DNA of 63,091 nucleotides, filler included, from Octopus bimaculoides (taxonomy: Eukaryota), in the NCBI RefSeq assembly GCF_001194135.2. It is 6 parts of 6 records of this genome, joined end to end, with 100 filler letters (N's around TTAATTAATTAA, not from the genome) between each part and the next. Parts side by side here need not be neighbours in the genome. Positions count along the whole stretch, not along the records: positions 44,190 to 51,862 come from NC_069007.1; positions 51,963 to 60,478 come from NC_068997.1; 4 more parts are not named here. One strand, given 5' to 3'. The notes below the pieces were generated by a model. The model saw only the letters and a program-made list of their open reading frames with translations, was not told where the DNA came from and ran no database searches. Position 1 is the first letter of the stretch, and each line of letters starts with the position of its first letter. Below are positions 45,031-58,710 of the stretch, one piece after another. A program made the position numbers and the translations under genes.

Positions 45031-45829
45031 GGGAATAAAAATCCAGATTGAGAGAGTGAGACAAGTAAATTGCACGGTACATATGTTTCTTAGTCAGCTA
45101 AAGCTCTTGATGTAACTGTTATACAATGAGCCATGCCCAACTTAACTAATCATCAGGGATGAAACGAAGGTTACATTGTCACTCGGAATTCCTAAATCAA
45201 CTCCACCCGTGTTGAGTTTAACTACACACACGCACGCATATATATACGTGTATATGTATGTATACGTATATATGTGTGTGTGTGTGTGTATAAGTATATG
45301 TGTGTATAAGTATATATGTGTGTGTGTATGTATGTATATAATAAATATGAATATCACACACTTAGTGTATGCGTGTTGTTAAACGCTTGTAGTTGCGGTA
45401 CCAGATTTGGAAATGCCCCTTTAAAGTCGTATAGTGTTTTAAAAAAACACAGTATATTTCAAAACTAGATGAAACGAAACCTCCACAAAAGTGAACAAGA
45501 ATGACAGATATTGATATTTCACAGTCCTCTCCGCCCACTAGTGTCGCACATTCACCCCGCTTTCGAAACGAACGAGAATTGCCTGATAGAACTATATACA
45601 ACCAGCGTAAAATCCATTTACTGATGTGAAAAAGCGCTGCACAAGTAGAACAAAATTCAAATCTTAAGTCTAAAGAAGCTCTGTAATGTAAACATTATCA
45701 ATGTCATATACTTAATGTGTGTACATTGTTAAATCCTGGTAGCTGAGGTATTATGTCTTGTAGAGATAACTTTAAATACGTAACACACGGCTCTTTAACG
45801 CCACGCTTCGTTTACGCATTCATTTACTT

Positions 45830-46028
45830 TTTTTATTCTTTAACTTGTTTCAGTCATTTGACTGCGGCCATGCTGGAGCACCGCCTGTAGTCGAGCAAAT
45901 CGACCTCAGGACTTATTCTTTGTAAGCCTAATAGTTATTCTATCAGAGTCTTTTGCCGAACCATTAAGTTACGGGGACGTAAACACACCAGCATCGTTGG
46001 TCAAGCAATGTTGCGGGGACAGACACAT

Positions 46029-46077
<49 letters not shown>

Positions 46078-46087
46078 NNNNNNNNNN

Positions 46088-46142
<55 letters not shown>

Positions 46143-46295
46143 CGACGGGCTTCTTTCAGTTTCCGTCTACCAAATCCACTCACAAGGCTTTGGTCGGCCC
46201 GAGGCCATAGTAGAAGACACTTGCACAAGATGTCATGCAATGGGACTGAACCCGGAACCATGTGGTTGGTAAACAAGCTTCTTACCACACATATT
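45830..46295 (-). mobile_element. Full-length S1 SINE with an internal CA/TA tract containing a gap
   Basis: Reverse complement of the S1 head and tail. Confidence 0.88.
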
Positions 46296-46473
46296 CATGT
46301 TGTTAAACTGTTATGGTAAGAAAGCGGCGTGAATGAATTCGAACTCGGATCCTCAGATCTTGAACCCTTCTTTATTCACTCGGCCCTTTTCTCCCTGCAA
46401 TGGTAATTGTAACTGTAATAGTTTCACTAATAGCACTAGTCACAGTATTAGTAGCTTTAGTACTATATTAATA

Positions 46474-46505
<32 letters not shown>

Positions 46506-46530
46506 GTTATTATTATCATTATTGTCATTA

Positions 46531-46588
<58 letters not shown>

Positions 46589-46608
46589 CATTATTATTAT
46601 TATTGTTA

Positions 46609-46672
<64 letters not shown>

Positions 46673-46796
46673 CATTATTATTATTATCATTATTATTATT
46701 ATTAACAAGGATTGTTATAGTAGTTATGCTGGTGATGTCATTGGTAATGATGTTTGTGATGTCGATTGTCGTTAATTAATGACATTAACAGCAATT

Positions 46797-46860
<64 letters not shown>

Positions 46861-48705
46861 TAGTAGTAGTGCTGTTGTTGCTGTTGTTGCTTCGTCTTTA
46901 TTTCGTCGTTTTAATAATTTCAACGTTGACCTTGGTGTTCCATTCTCTCCCTCTACACATTAACTTTGACCTTTGACCTCAATGTAAAGAAACGCTAAAT
47001 ACATATGTCTATATATACATATGTCTATATACATATGTCTATATATACATATGTCTATATATACATATGTCTATATATCAGTGATGTAGGAGGGGCAGCC
47101 CTTTAGTTTGCCCCTCCTCCCCTGTACTGCCTACTACAGCAGACCCAACCATGCCGCCTCTATGAATGCATCACCCGTGGTGTACGACCACCTTCAACCA
47201 AACCCAGATACACGGATGATCTATTCCATAAAATAGCAATCAGTGGTATCCATGAATAGGTTATTCTGTTAATTTCAGTGAACGAACGAACGGTGGTGGG
47301 TTTGTTTTTGTTTCTTATTTAGGGGTTTAGAGTGACAAGACTGCGACAACGTCGAATTTACCTACCAGTCAGGGCCTCTGAATGCCACGTTTTAGCTTGA
47401 AGGGCCAGTGAAAGCCTAAATCCAAAGTAAACGATTAAAAAGACTTTTTTTAAAAAGAGAAGTACCTTTCTGTTGGGTCCGAATAGAAGCATTCCTCATC
47501 AAATTGTATAAAATACAGAACCCTGAATATTGAAACGAAAAAAGAACGGAACACTAAGACAACACAATCAATAACTAAAACCATGTTACAAATGTTTACA
47601 TGTGAAACGTAAAAGGAAAAAAACAAACCATTAAGGAAAAGTTTTACGATAAAACATTGGAAAAAGAAAGTTAAACAGTTCGCCATTCTGAAAACGAATT
47701 TCCTATCCTCAGTCGTGTCTTTTTGCATTTCTTTTTGACTGATCCCTGTGTATTTCTGTCCATTTTCATGTTTTAATTTTCACCGGTGAAGTTTTAATGT
47801 GGCCTTGTAATTCAACCAGAAGACACCATATTTCTTTTATTTCATTGCGTTCACCATTTGCTGTTTCGTTATGCGATGTAATAATATCGAAAGAAAAATG
47901 TTATTGTCGTCTGTCTAACATGTCACGTGTTACGCAGGCTGATGGCGGTGGTGTTGGTGTTGGAGGGGGGGGGGACATATTGAAGATGAGCCTGTCGTGG
48001 CACTTTTTCCTCCTCAAGTTTTGATCTCACTTTTATCTTTTGTTGGTATTCTTTTAAACATTTTTGTATGTTTTATTTGAAGTGCTGTTGTTATTGATAC
48101 GTTGATTATATTATTTATGGAGACGTCGATATATGTGTGTATGCATGTACGTACTTGTATTCACACATGTATGCAACATATACATACATATAAACACATA
48201 CACGCAAGTACACACACATACGCTCACACACACACACCCACGCACACACACACATATATAAACATATACTTATATGTAGCAAACGTACATATGTATATTT
48301 ACATATAAATATATATATATACACACACATATGCATATTTATATACATACACATGCTTATATATANNNNNNNNNNNNNNNNNNNNNNNNNNNNNNNNNNN
48401 NNNNNNNNNNNNNNNNNNNNNNNNNNNNNNNNNNNNNNNNNNNNNNNNNNNNNNNNNNNNNNNNNNNNNNNNNNNNNNNNNNNNNNNNNNNNNNNNNNNN
48501 NNNNNNNNNNNNNNNNNNNNNNNNNNNNNNNNNNNNNNNNNNNNNNNNNNNNNNNNNNNNNNNNNNNNNNNNNNNNNNNNNNNNNNNNNNNNNNNNNNNN
48601 NNNNNNNNNNNNNNNNNNNNNNNNNNNNNNNNNNNNNNNNNNNNNNNNNNNNNNNNNNNNNNNNNNNNNNNNNCATACACATATCCATAGATACACACAG
48701 TCACA

Positions 48706-48749
<44 letters not shown>

Positions 48750-48787
48750 TCAGATATAGAATAAATATATTATTTATTGTTTTCTAG

Positions 48788-48832
48788 GTTTGCCATCACC
48801 AATATCGGACACATACGATGAAACTTCTGAAA
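48788..48832 (+). other. Possible 45-nt internal exon of an unidentified host gene
   Basis: TTTATTGTTTTCTAG acceptor and AA|GTAAGT donor. Length is a multiple of 3 and two frames are open (e.g. xLPSPISDTYDETSE). No homology recognised. Confidence 0.25.
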
Positions 48833-49536
48833 GTAAGTATCGTCAACAACTTCTCCAGCCATAGCAATTGACAACAACTGTTCTGAACATCGGTATGATG
48901 TGAGAGATTATTTCTACAAGAAATAGAAAAGAGATATTGTGAGTTTTATGTCTTGTCTGCAAATTTCTTAGTGATGCAAACTGATGACTTTAATGAAATG
49001 ATTTCCTGTTAGCGACCAGCCTTCATCACTTTTCTCACTCATTTCTTGCATTCTGCAAATATAGAAGCATCCATTGTGTTGCGGAAGCATTATGTTCATG
49101 AAAATATTACCGTAATGTGGATTTCCCTAACGCGAAACGATTATACCTATTGAAGCCATTGGTTTCTATGTTATACGGAATCGATGGTAAAATGTGGTTT
49201 CTCATCCCGTGAGCACACGTTACATTAGGGCTTTCCAGGGTGTAACCGTTTCGTAATGCAGAGGTTGCCAGTTGATAAGGACTGTCGTCTGCGTGGTGTT
49301 TTTTTCTCTAAGACAGCTGTATCGAGGAAGTCCAACTTTAGTCCCCCACCCCACTAAATATATCTGGAAATATTAGACGTAATGAAGCCTTTCTAGACAA
49401 AACAATGCACATGATAACACTTCCAATCAGTTAAGATCAGAGGCCTTGAGAGCCACTGCCTGGTACTGCATCAGGGCATTATTATCATTATTATTATTGC
49501 TGTTGTTATCATTATCATTATTAATATTATCATTAC

Positions 49537-49570
<34 letters not shown>

Positions 49571-50429
49571 GCTAAAAAGTGTCTCGATCCTATTGAAGAG
49601 GATGGAAATCAAGACGGTAAGCAACCATTTTCTAGTCTCGACTCTGTAAGTGTATGCATGTTGTGTGTGTGTGTGCGCGCGCGTGCGTGCGTGCGTGTAT
49701 ATGTATTTACGTATTGTGAATCTGGGTCACTGTACAGATTGTCAATACAATCACTGTTGTAACTTCCTCGATACGCAAAATCTTTAAACAGTGTGGTCGA
49801 TATCGGAGACACGTTGTTATCATTTTCTAAAATATATATAATNNNNNNNNNNNNNNNNNNNNNNNNNNNNNNNNNNNNNNNNNNNNNNNNNNNNNNNNNN
49901 NNNNNNNNNNNNNNNNNNNNNNNNNNNNNNNNNNNNNNNNNNNNNNNNNNNNNNNNNNNNNNNNNNNNNNNNNNNNNNNNNNNNNNNNNNNNNNNNNNNN
50001 NNNNNNNNNNNNNNNNNNNNNNNNNNNNNNNNNNNNNNNNNNNNNNNNNNNNNNNNNNNNNNNNNNNNNNNNNNNNNNNNNNNNNNNNNNNNNNNNNNNN
50101 NNNNNNNNNNNNNNNNNNNNNNNNNNNNNNNNNNNNNNNNNNNNNNNNNNNNNNNNNNNNNNNNNNNNNNNNNNNNNNNNNNNNNNNNNNNNNNNNNNNN
50201 NNNNNNNNNNNNNNNNNNNNNNNNNNNNNNNNNNNNNNNNNNNNNNNNNNNNNNNNNNNNNNNNNNNNNNNNNNNNNNNNNNNNNNNNNNNNNNNNNNNN
50301 NNNNNNNNNNNNNNNNNNNNNNNNNNNNNNNNNNNNNNNNNNNNNNNNNNNNNNNNNNNNNNNNNNNNNNNNNNACAAAATCATATTATAGGTGCAAACA
50401 AATTTCATTGACATTAATGTATTCGTATT

Positions 50430-51345
50430 GAATTAGTATTTGTCACAATCGAGTGTGGCAAACAACATCCATCATGTGGTGTCCGTTTTCATTGATGCAT
50501 TTCTGAAGGTTTTTCTTAAAAGTTGGCCTCCACCCTCTCCAGCAATGCTCTGTCGATTTGGACGACTTCCACGCGAACAGCGTCCTTCAAATCGTCCAGT
50601 GTACGGGGCATATGCGCATACACACGTGCCTTGAGGTTTCCCCACAAGAACAAATGACGGCAACTTTTACAACAGCACACCAGACCCTCACTTTGGGGCT
50701 GTGCAGTGGTCTTTCGTGAAGTTCTCTCGGATTTTCAAGAGCCCATTAACGATAGTTCTGTTGATTCACCATGCCATTGAGATGAAATTGAGCTTCATCA
50801 CTCATTAACAAAATGAGGTTGTCATTTGCCTCAAAAATTGCTTCCATCTGACGTGCGAATTTCAGCCGCTGTGGTTTCAACTGTTGTCCAATGACTAATT
50901 TGTACGGGTAGAAATGCAGGTTTTCATGCAAAGTACGCCTTACCGATCGATTACCGATGCCAAGTTTAGTGGAATGCCTCTGAGCAGATTGATTAGGACT
51001 CCGTATCAAAGCTTGTCTCACGTATTCCACATTTTCCGGGGTCCGTACCGTTCGTGGCGCCCCCAACGGTCTCCTATTCATTAGTGTACTTCGTGTAAGA
51101 AGTGCATTCACCCAATGTAAGAGTGTCTTTCGGGTGGGAACAGACTGATTTCGGTGAATGTTGAAGTGACGCCAAAAATCAGGCTGAACTGCTGTGACAG
51201 ACTCATTATTCTTCACGTAACTGTCATAGGCAAACACGATGCTCTATTGTCCACAGCGCCCAAAAAGAAACACCTGAAAAGAAACAAAAATGCTAAGACA
51301 CCACAAACCGAATGATACCTGTTGGACATATGTCCCTTCCCCTGG
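50430..51345 (-). mobile_element. rosa/DD41D-like transposon with an internal deletion
   Basis: N-terminal HTH and MSDEAQFHLNGMVNQQNYR (50746-51237), then FLWGNLKARVY...RTLDDLK...CINENGHH (50650-50440). TIR-like ATATGTCC...CCCTG near 51345. Confidence 0.88.
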
Positions 51346-51453
51346 GGCTGAGTAATAGCCATTTCAAAAACGTCCGTCCTCTCTGCCCCCATGTGGGTCG
51401 TTGGCAATTTTTAACTCCGACTTCCTTTTCTCTTGGACTTTCCTCTGTCTCCT

Positions 51454-51488
51454 GTTTCTGAAAAAGAGCTTTGCTTGAAACGTAAAAC
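51454..51488 (+). ncRNA. Minimal type I hammerhead ribozyme relic with no adjacent Penelope ORF
   Basis: GTTT-CTGAAAA-A-GAGC-TTT-GCTT-GAAAC-GTA-AAAC. Helix I GTTT/AAAC, helix II GAGC/GCTT, palindromic ACGT helix III, GUA site. G8 reads A. Confidence 0.7.
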
Positions 51489-51962
51489 TACCTTTCTTTC
51501 CTTGCCTGAGCGTCTGCTAATACTTTGCATGTACCACGTCCTCACGTTGTTTTTTCTTGTGATTTTTCTTCGTTTTTGGGGGGAGGGAGGGGGATTAACT
51601 ATATATATGTATGAATATATATATATACATGTATATATGCATGTATATACAGCTGTTTCTGCTATAAGGTAAAGTGCACTCAGAGCTGTAAGCTCATGAT
51701 GTTCATTACATAATTTACTGTTCCTCTGTCATTTATTTAATTTCATATTACACTCTGTACGCAACCACCGCTTTATTCTGCAACATTTGTATCTCTATGC
51801 CTAAGCAAAATATTAATATATTTATATAAATCATGGACTCTCTCGTCGTTAGACGGCGTGTGNNNNNNNNNNNNNNNNNNNNNNNNNNNNNNNNNNNNNN
51901 NNNNNNTTAATTAATTAANNNNNNNNNNNNNNNNNNNNNNNNNNNNNNNNNNNNNNNNNNNN

Positions 51963-52004
<42 letters not shown>

Positions 52005-53869
52005 GTAGCTATACATGCATGTATATTTAGATATAAATATACTCATTTGCGCGTGTGTGCGTGTGTGCGTATATATATATATATGTACACACACACTCAC
52101 ACACACACATATAATGTATATGTGTATATATACGCACATGCTCATACACATGCGCACATGCTTGCATTGTGCAGTGTCGGCGCGGTTTTAAAGAAATAAA
52201 TGATTAAATGCAAATTGGACGAATAATAAAAGAGAAAAATTAGAAATAACAAAAAAGAAACCACAAAAAAAAAAAATTAGTTGAATAAACGAATTATTAA
52301 ACTGTCGAAGTAAGAAGTCTTGTTAGTTGTTTTAAATTTTAAATTTTATTCTAAGATCGACTGCTTTGTAACGAAACCAAGAATATTTTCTTATGACGGA
52401 GATTAAATCAGTGACTGAATACATGAGGTGGCACAGTCGTTAAAGACGTGAAAGCGACGGATTGATATATTTTCCGTGATATATTTTCCAATTTCTCAGT
52501 GCGTTCAGTTCAGATTCCGCTGAGGTAGGTAGGTAAGTAGGTAGGTCTCTCTCTCTCTCTCTCTCTCTTTATATATATATACACGCTCACACACAAATAT
52601 ATATGCTTGTGTGTGTGTATAAATGTATCTAAGTGTGGTGAGCTAAGAACCATATTTCCTTTTTGAAGTACGTCTTCGGAGATTATGATGATGGAAGAAA
52701 ATGTATGCCATTTTTTGCATAAAACATTCCTTGAAGGCCTGGAACAGAGATTCTCGACTTCTAATGCCCACCACCTATGGCGTAATTAATTAATAAGGTG
52801 TCACTGTATGCTGTTTCATTTTCACTTTGGCTAATTCAATAGCAACCTATTTTTATCGCAACGATAAGCAACACAGCATATAAAGGCAGAAAGACATTTT
52901 CTTGATTTTTATGTCTGCACATAATTAATATTTAATGAATATTTATTATAATACGATTGTTGAATCAAGGCAAGGAACAATAAGACAAGCAATTAAAAAG
53001 AGCACAGCTGGTGTTGTTAATAATACTAATAATAATGTCTTTGCCAAATTTCGGCAACCCAACGTTTGGGTGCTTGTTAGACTCACTCTCCCTCACTCAC
53101 CATGTTACCAGGTGCCAGTTTTGCGTTCTCTCTGAGTTTTGTATTGTTAAGAACAAAAATCTATGTTCATGGAACCAGAAATTTGAGAACTGGAGAAAAA
53201 GAAAGCTTGCTTTTTATGATATATATCGCTACTCATCTTTGATGAAGATCCAACGAGTTGTTGAGTGAGCCTCCATAAAGATTTGAGCCTTGTTTTTCGA
53301 TTTTGTATTTGTTTAAAAGACTAGAATCCGTGCTCAGAAATCCAGAAATGTGAGAACTAGAGCAAAACAAAGATTATTTTCTGTGGATATTTCTTTTCGA
53401 GAAAGAACCACGAGCTCTCGAGTGATGCCTATTTAAATCTTTAGAAGTTAGGAAGCTGAGAACAAAAGTTAAACGAAGACTGTTTAGAATGTAAAGTGAT
53501 GTATTTAGTTGTCTTTTTATGAAGATCCACAAGCTGTCGAAGAAGACAATATTTATACTTCATCACATGATTGCAATCATTTTACAAATCACAAATTCTT
53601 TTTGTTTTTCAAGTTCGAAATCTTTTAGTTCCGTGTTTTCTAAGAAAGGTTTTCACTTCTAGGTGAACTTATTGGTGTCCAAATCCGGAAACTCCTGCTC
53701 CAATGTAGAACAGTCTTTAAAAGGGAATTTTCATAAACTCCAGTATAACAGGATTAGGATTATCTTCATCTGTAAGGATGGAAGACATGCCTATTATTTC
53801 CCTTCCAAAATCATAATATTAACTACAGGGTCTTATAAATGAAATAGCCTACTCTCTCGCAGTCCTCTC

Positions 53870-53870
53870 A

Positions 53871-53946
<76 letters not shown>

Positions 53947-54090
53947 GTAGTTATCCATCCATCCGTCCGTCCGTCCGTCTGTCTGTCTGTCCGTCCGTCT
54001 GTCCGTCCGTCCGTCTGTCTGTCCGTCCATCCGTCCGTCCGTCAGTCCGTCCGTCCGTCCGTCCGTCTGTCTGTCTGTCTGTCTGTCTCT
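53870..54090. repeat. (TATC)n followed by a compound (CCGT/CTGT)n tract
   Basis: Directly visible. Confidence 0.95.
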
Positions 54091-55168
54091 TCCTCTCTCT
54101 GTTTTTCTTTCTTTCTCTCCGCCTCAGTCCTCTCTTCATTGGTTACTGCTTGAATTACGCAATGTTGAAACTTTGTAACCGAGTCTACCTGGATAGCATA
54201 CATTGCGAAATATCCAAATGCTTCGTTCTAATCTTTAAAACCGTTCATCCATAAAAAAAACACAGGTATTTGTATAAGGTAATATATATATATATATATT
54301 TATATACATAAGATAACTTTTTTCTCTCTCTCATTGTTAGCACACCCCACCATATATATATATATATATATATACATATATATACATAATTACAAAAGAT
54401 AAGCAATTCCTATTTTATTTGAAGTAATTTTCTCTGCGTATACCATACCATGAGGTTATCCGGAAATAGAAGTTGCTTATCTGTTGGTAAATATCCCAAA
54501 TTTGTAATAATAATATCATAAAATATACTTTTTACATTTCATTATAAAAGCGTAAAGCAGTAAACTTCCTGATAACCTAGAATACTTGTTATTCCCTAAT
54601 ATATTATATTATATTATATTATATTATATTATATTATATTATATTATATTATATATGTATATANNNNNNNNNNGATGGATGTATGAATGGATGGAGGGAC
54701 GGATGTGTGTAAGCATGTATATGTGTATGTACGTTAAGCCAGTTCTATATTTCGAAATGAAGACATGGAGTACAGAGTCAAAAACAAATCTTGTTGATTC
54801 GAAACGGCGAAGGAATCACATTCAAAAAATATTTTCTATTTAATCTGTAGACGTTATAATATTGGTATCTTTTTTTTTCTTCGTACATACGTACGTACAT
54901 ACATTCATACATACGTTTGTAGATACATACGTACATACTGATTCATCACATACACACACACACACACACATACACACACACACACACACACACAGACACG
55001 CACACACACTTAAACGTATATATAGATGTATGTATCTGTATGTTCGTATATGTGTTTCAGTTGGGGGTATGTGCATACAGACACACACATGCACACGCAC
55101 ACATACATATATATTAAATATGTTTATGTATATATATATGTATGTTCATATATATATATATATGTATG

Positions 55169-55204
<36 letters not shown>

Positions 55205-55304
55205 AGTATATCTTTTTGTACACGTATATTTACATACACGTATAAATGTATATACTTATGTACAAATATATATGAATATATATACAGAAATATATGTATA
55301 TTAA

Positions 55305-55341
<37 letters not shown>

Positions 55342-55351
55342 NNNNNNNNNN

Positions 55352-55389
<38 letters not shown>

Positions 55390-55457
55390 TATATATATAT
55401 GCATCATACAAAATTATGTGCATACACATAAACTGACGCACATGTACGTATATATAT

Positions 55458-55496
<39 letters not shown>

Positions 55497-57703
55497 TAGA
55501 CATGCATATACATATATTAGACATACATCAGCATTTTTACGTTATGTCTAGACAGATTTTGATACGGTGGTTTTATCTGCTTATTTTGATAATAACCACG
55601 TTATCAATTTTCATCAATACTTTTTTCTTTTCACATGTTATTCATCTCATTAAAACATGTTCAAAATTAGCTTAATATGGAAATTTCTTTGGCTTTCAAA
55701 TGTTTTCTTTTATTTACTGTACTGTTTTATTTTTTACTGTTTTTACCGTATTATTGTTTTTTTTTGTTTTTTTTCTTGAATTTATTCAGTTATATTGCCA
55801 GAAATAGCGCTGAATTCTATACATGGTTTTTTGACCTGCTAGAAATAGCAACCCGTTCGCCCATAAATGAAAACCTGCAGTATTGAAGATGGAAGGGTAC
55901 AGTGGAAAAAATCCCAAAATACCCCAAAGAAACAAAGAAAAGAAAAAACAAAAACCAAGGTTGCTGTGTAGTAAGAAAATTGCTTCCCAACAACTAGGTT
56001 CCGGGTTCAGTTCCACTGCGCTAGTAATGACAACGGTAGTAATGACAGTGGTGATGACAACGGCAGCTTGACGACGATGACGATGACGACTGCAGCAACA
56101 CGTACAGAGAAGACATTGTTAAAGAAAATTTTTATTTTTTCTTAGGTCTTTGGTCAGTAAGTGTAATTTCGTATTTGCTTCTAGAGAGAAATCAATGAAA
56201 ATGGCTACTGTTCCCTTCGAACTTTGCTTTTGTGACTTGGACATCAATGTTTTGAAGCTGACTTATTTTCCATTGCATTTCAGATAGATTCAACGCTGAG
56301 TTGCTGAAGCAGAATTATCATTATAGCAAATATTTTGCTCAATATCACAGATCTGTTTGTCAATTGCTTGATCTTAACCATTTGAGCATGTCCCTTAGTG
56401 GTTGACAATATGTGCATCTCTGTTCACGAGCAAGAGCAGTGTGGGAGCGTCATAACCATGTCTTGAGAGATATTCTTTGGGGTTTGAATAAATCTAACAA
56501 AGGCAAATTTTGAAGAAAATAGTCGCCATTTTAAATACTGTCTAGGGATAAGCAGATAAGAAATAACGGTTTCTACTCACGGACAAAAATCGTGTTACAG
56601 TGTGTTGTCATAAATAAATTTAGATTTGAAGTGAGATGAAACAAAACCATGTTTTAATCCAGTGGTTATAATAGGTATTCGGAACAACGATGAGGATTAG
56701 AAGGCGCGTAGTGAGCATGTTTAATAATGGTTTTGGCACAAGACTAGCAATTTTTAGGGAGATGAGGATTTCGATATCACCGAATGCAGTTTCTTAGTAC
56801 AGTACAGTTTTATCGAACACAGAAGGATGAAAGGCAAAACACAACCGCCCAGATACTGTTATGTGGGACCACAAGGGAAAACAAAACATTATCAGTTGTG
56901 AAAACCAGCTGACCTCTGGACACCAATCTGGTCAGGAAAATACAGGGGAAAGTGAACATGTATGGACCATTGGTAAGGAGTTTACAAATCCGTACCCGAG
57001 ATACATTTTCTATTTCATACCTATTACTATTAGAACAAAAGGATAGGCACCAATTCGTCTGGAGTAAAGCACGGTAAAGTCATAAGATCAGGGATTCACT
57101 TCCTTGAAGCAATGGATCGTTGCGTGCCTATCCTTGAGCAAGGCACGCCATTTCTCGCTCTTCCCGCGTATGAGGCTGACAACAAAATTATTATTTGTTA
57201 TATGAAGATCTTAAAAGTTTATGTTATATACTTCCGTATATGCACATGATTTGAAAAATATAAAAGAGATTTTTTGAATTGAAAAATTATTAATTATATA
57301 AGTCTTTGAAAAGAAGTCTTTAAAAACTAGATTAATGTAGATTTAAAGATGTTTTTATAATTAAAATGTAAAGAGCTTTTATGTAATTTATCATTGATGA
57401 TTTAAAACTTAAAAAAAAAAATATTGTAACGTTGCGAGTTTACAAAGAATATTTTCTAATATGTGTACATGTGTATGTGTACGCGTGTGTAAGTGTATGT
57501 GCGTGTGTATTTGTATGCGCGTGTATGTTTGTATGTGTGTGTATGCTTGTATGTGTGTGTGTGTGTACAGACGCAGGCATTAATGTGTGGTAAGAAGTTT
57601 GGTTCCCAAAAAAATAGCTCCAGACTTAGTCCCAGTTGGGTGGAGATTCGCCTGTCGGTGCAGAGGTTCTTCAGGAAACTTATGACTGAAAAATTATGGG
57701 AAA

Positions 57704-57747
<44 letters not shown>

Positions 57748-58668
57748 GCACCTACGGTTCGATTCCTGCTTCGGGTTTAATGGTAGTAAAGGAGTTCCTT
57801 TTGTTTCTCATCCCTTCCTGTTATCTCATCTCCTTCCACGTTCATACTCCCTCCAAGACAGGANNNNNNNNNNNNNNNNNNNNNNNNNNNNNNNNNNNNN
57901 NNNNNNNNNNNNNNNNNNNNAATCCCATCATGTCTTGTATCGTGACTAACCTGAACATCTTCTGCATCTGCACACGAAACTAATCTTCACCATGGCATCG
58001 AGTACGCTTTTTTTCTACAGCCAACACTAAACTATGTGTGCGTATATATATATATATATATATATATAAACAATATATGAGTATATGCATATATATGTAC
58101 ATGTATGTATATACGTTCATCTACATGTACATATAGATACATAACTGGGTACATGACGTGGTAAAAGAACAAGGACAAAATGGTAAACTAGGTGCAACAA
58201 ACAAGCAGGCCGCATAGAAACATCCCCTTCATCAGCTGCCACCATTAAAACTCCAGCGTTTCTAAATGTGTGTGTGTGTGTGTGTGTATACATACTATAT
58301 ATATATACACACACATATATATATATATACATACATGGAAACTGTGTGAATGGTTTCAACCGAAATAATTTATACTTTATAACATGTATTAAGTAGTGTT
58401 TCACTCGAACTTTGTAAACGACTTCTCCCTCTCTCTCTCTCCCTCTCTCTCATTCTCTCTCCCTCTCTCTTTCACTCTCTCTATCTCTCTTGATATATGT
58501 ATAAATATTCACGTATACATATACGCACACACGCACACATATATTCCTTGGTATACGTGCTTGTATCTATGTATAAGGAAAGAGAAAATAATAACGTAAG
58601 AGACAAATAGCATCCGCCGTTTGCTCTTTCTGTCTTTGTCGACCCTCTCAGTCTCCCTCACTCTCTCT

Positions 58669-58710
<42 letters not shown>

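Noticed and set aside
53140-53830. Coding-like degenerate stretch with weak internal repeats
   Set aside because: It has multiple stops and no recognisable motif, so it cannot be assigned.
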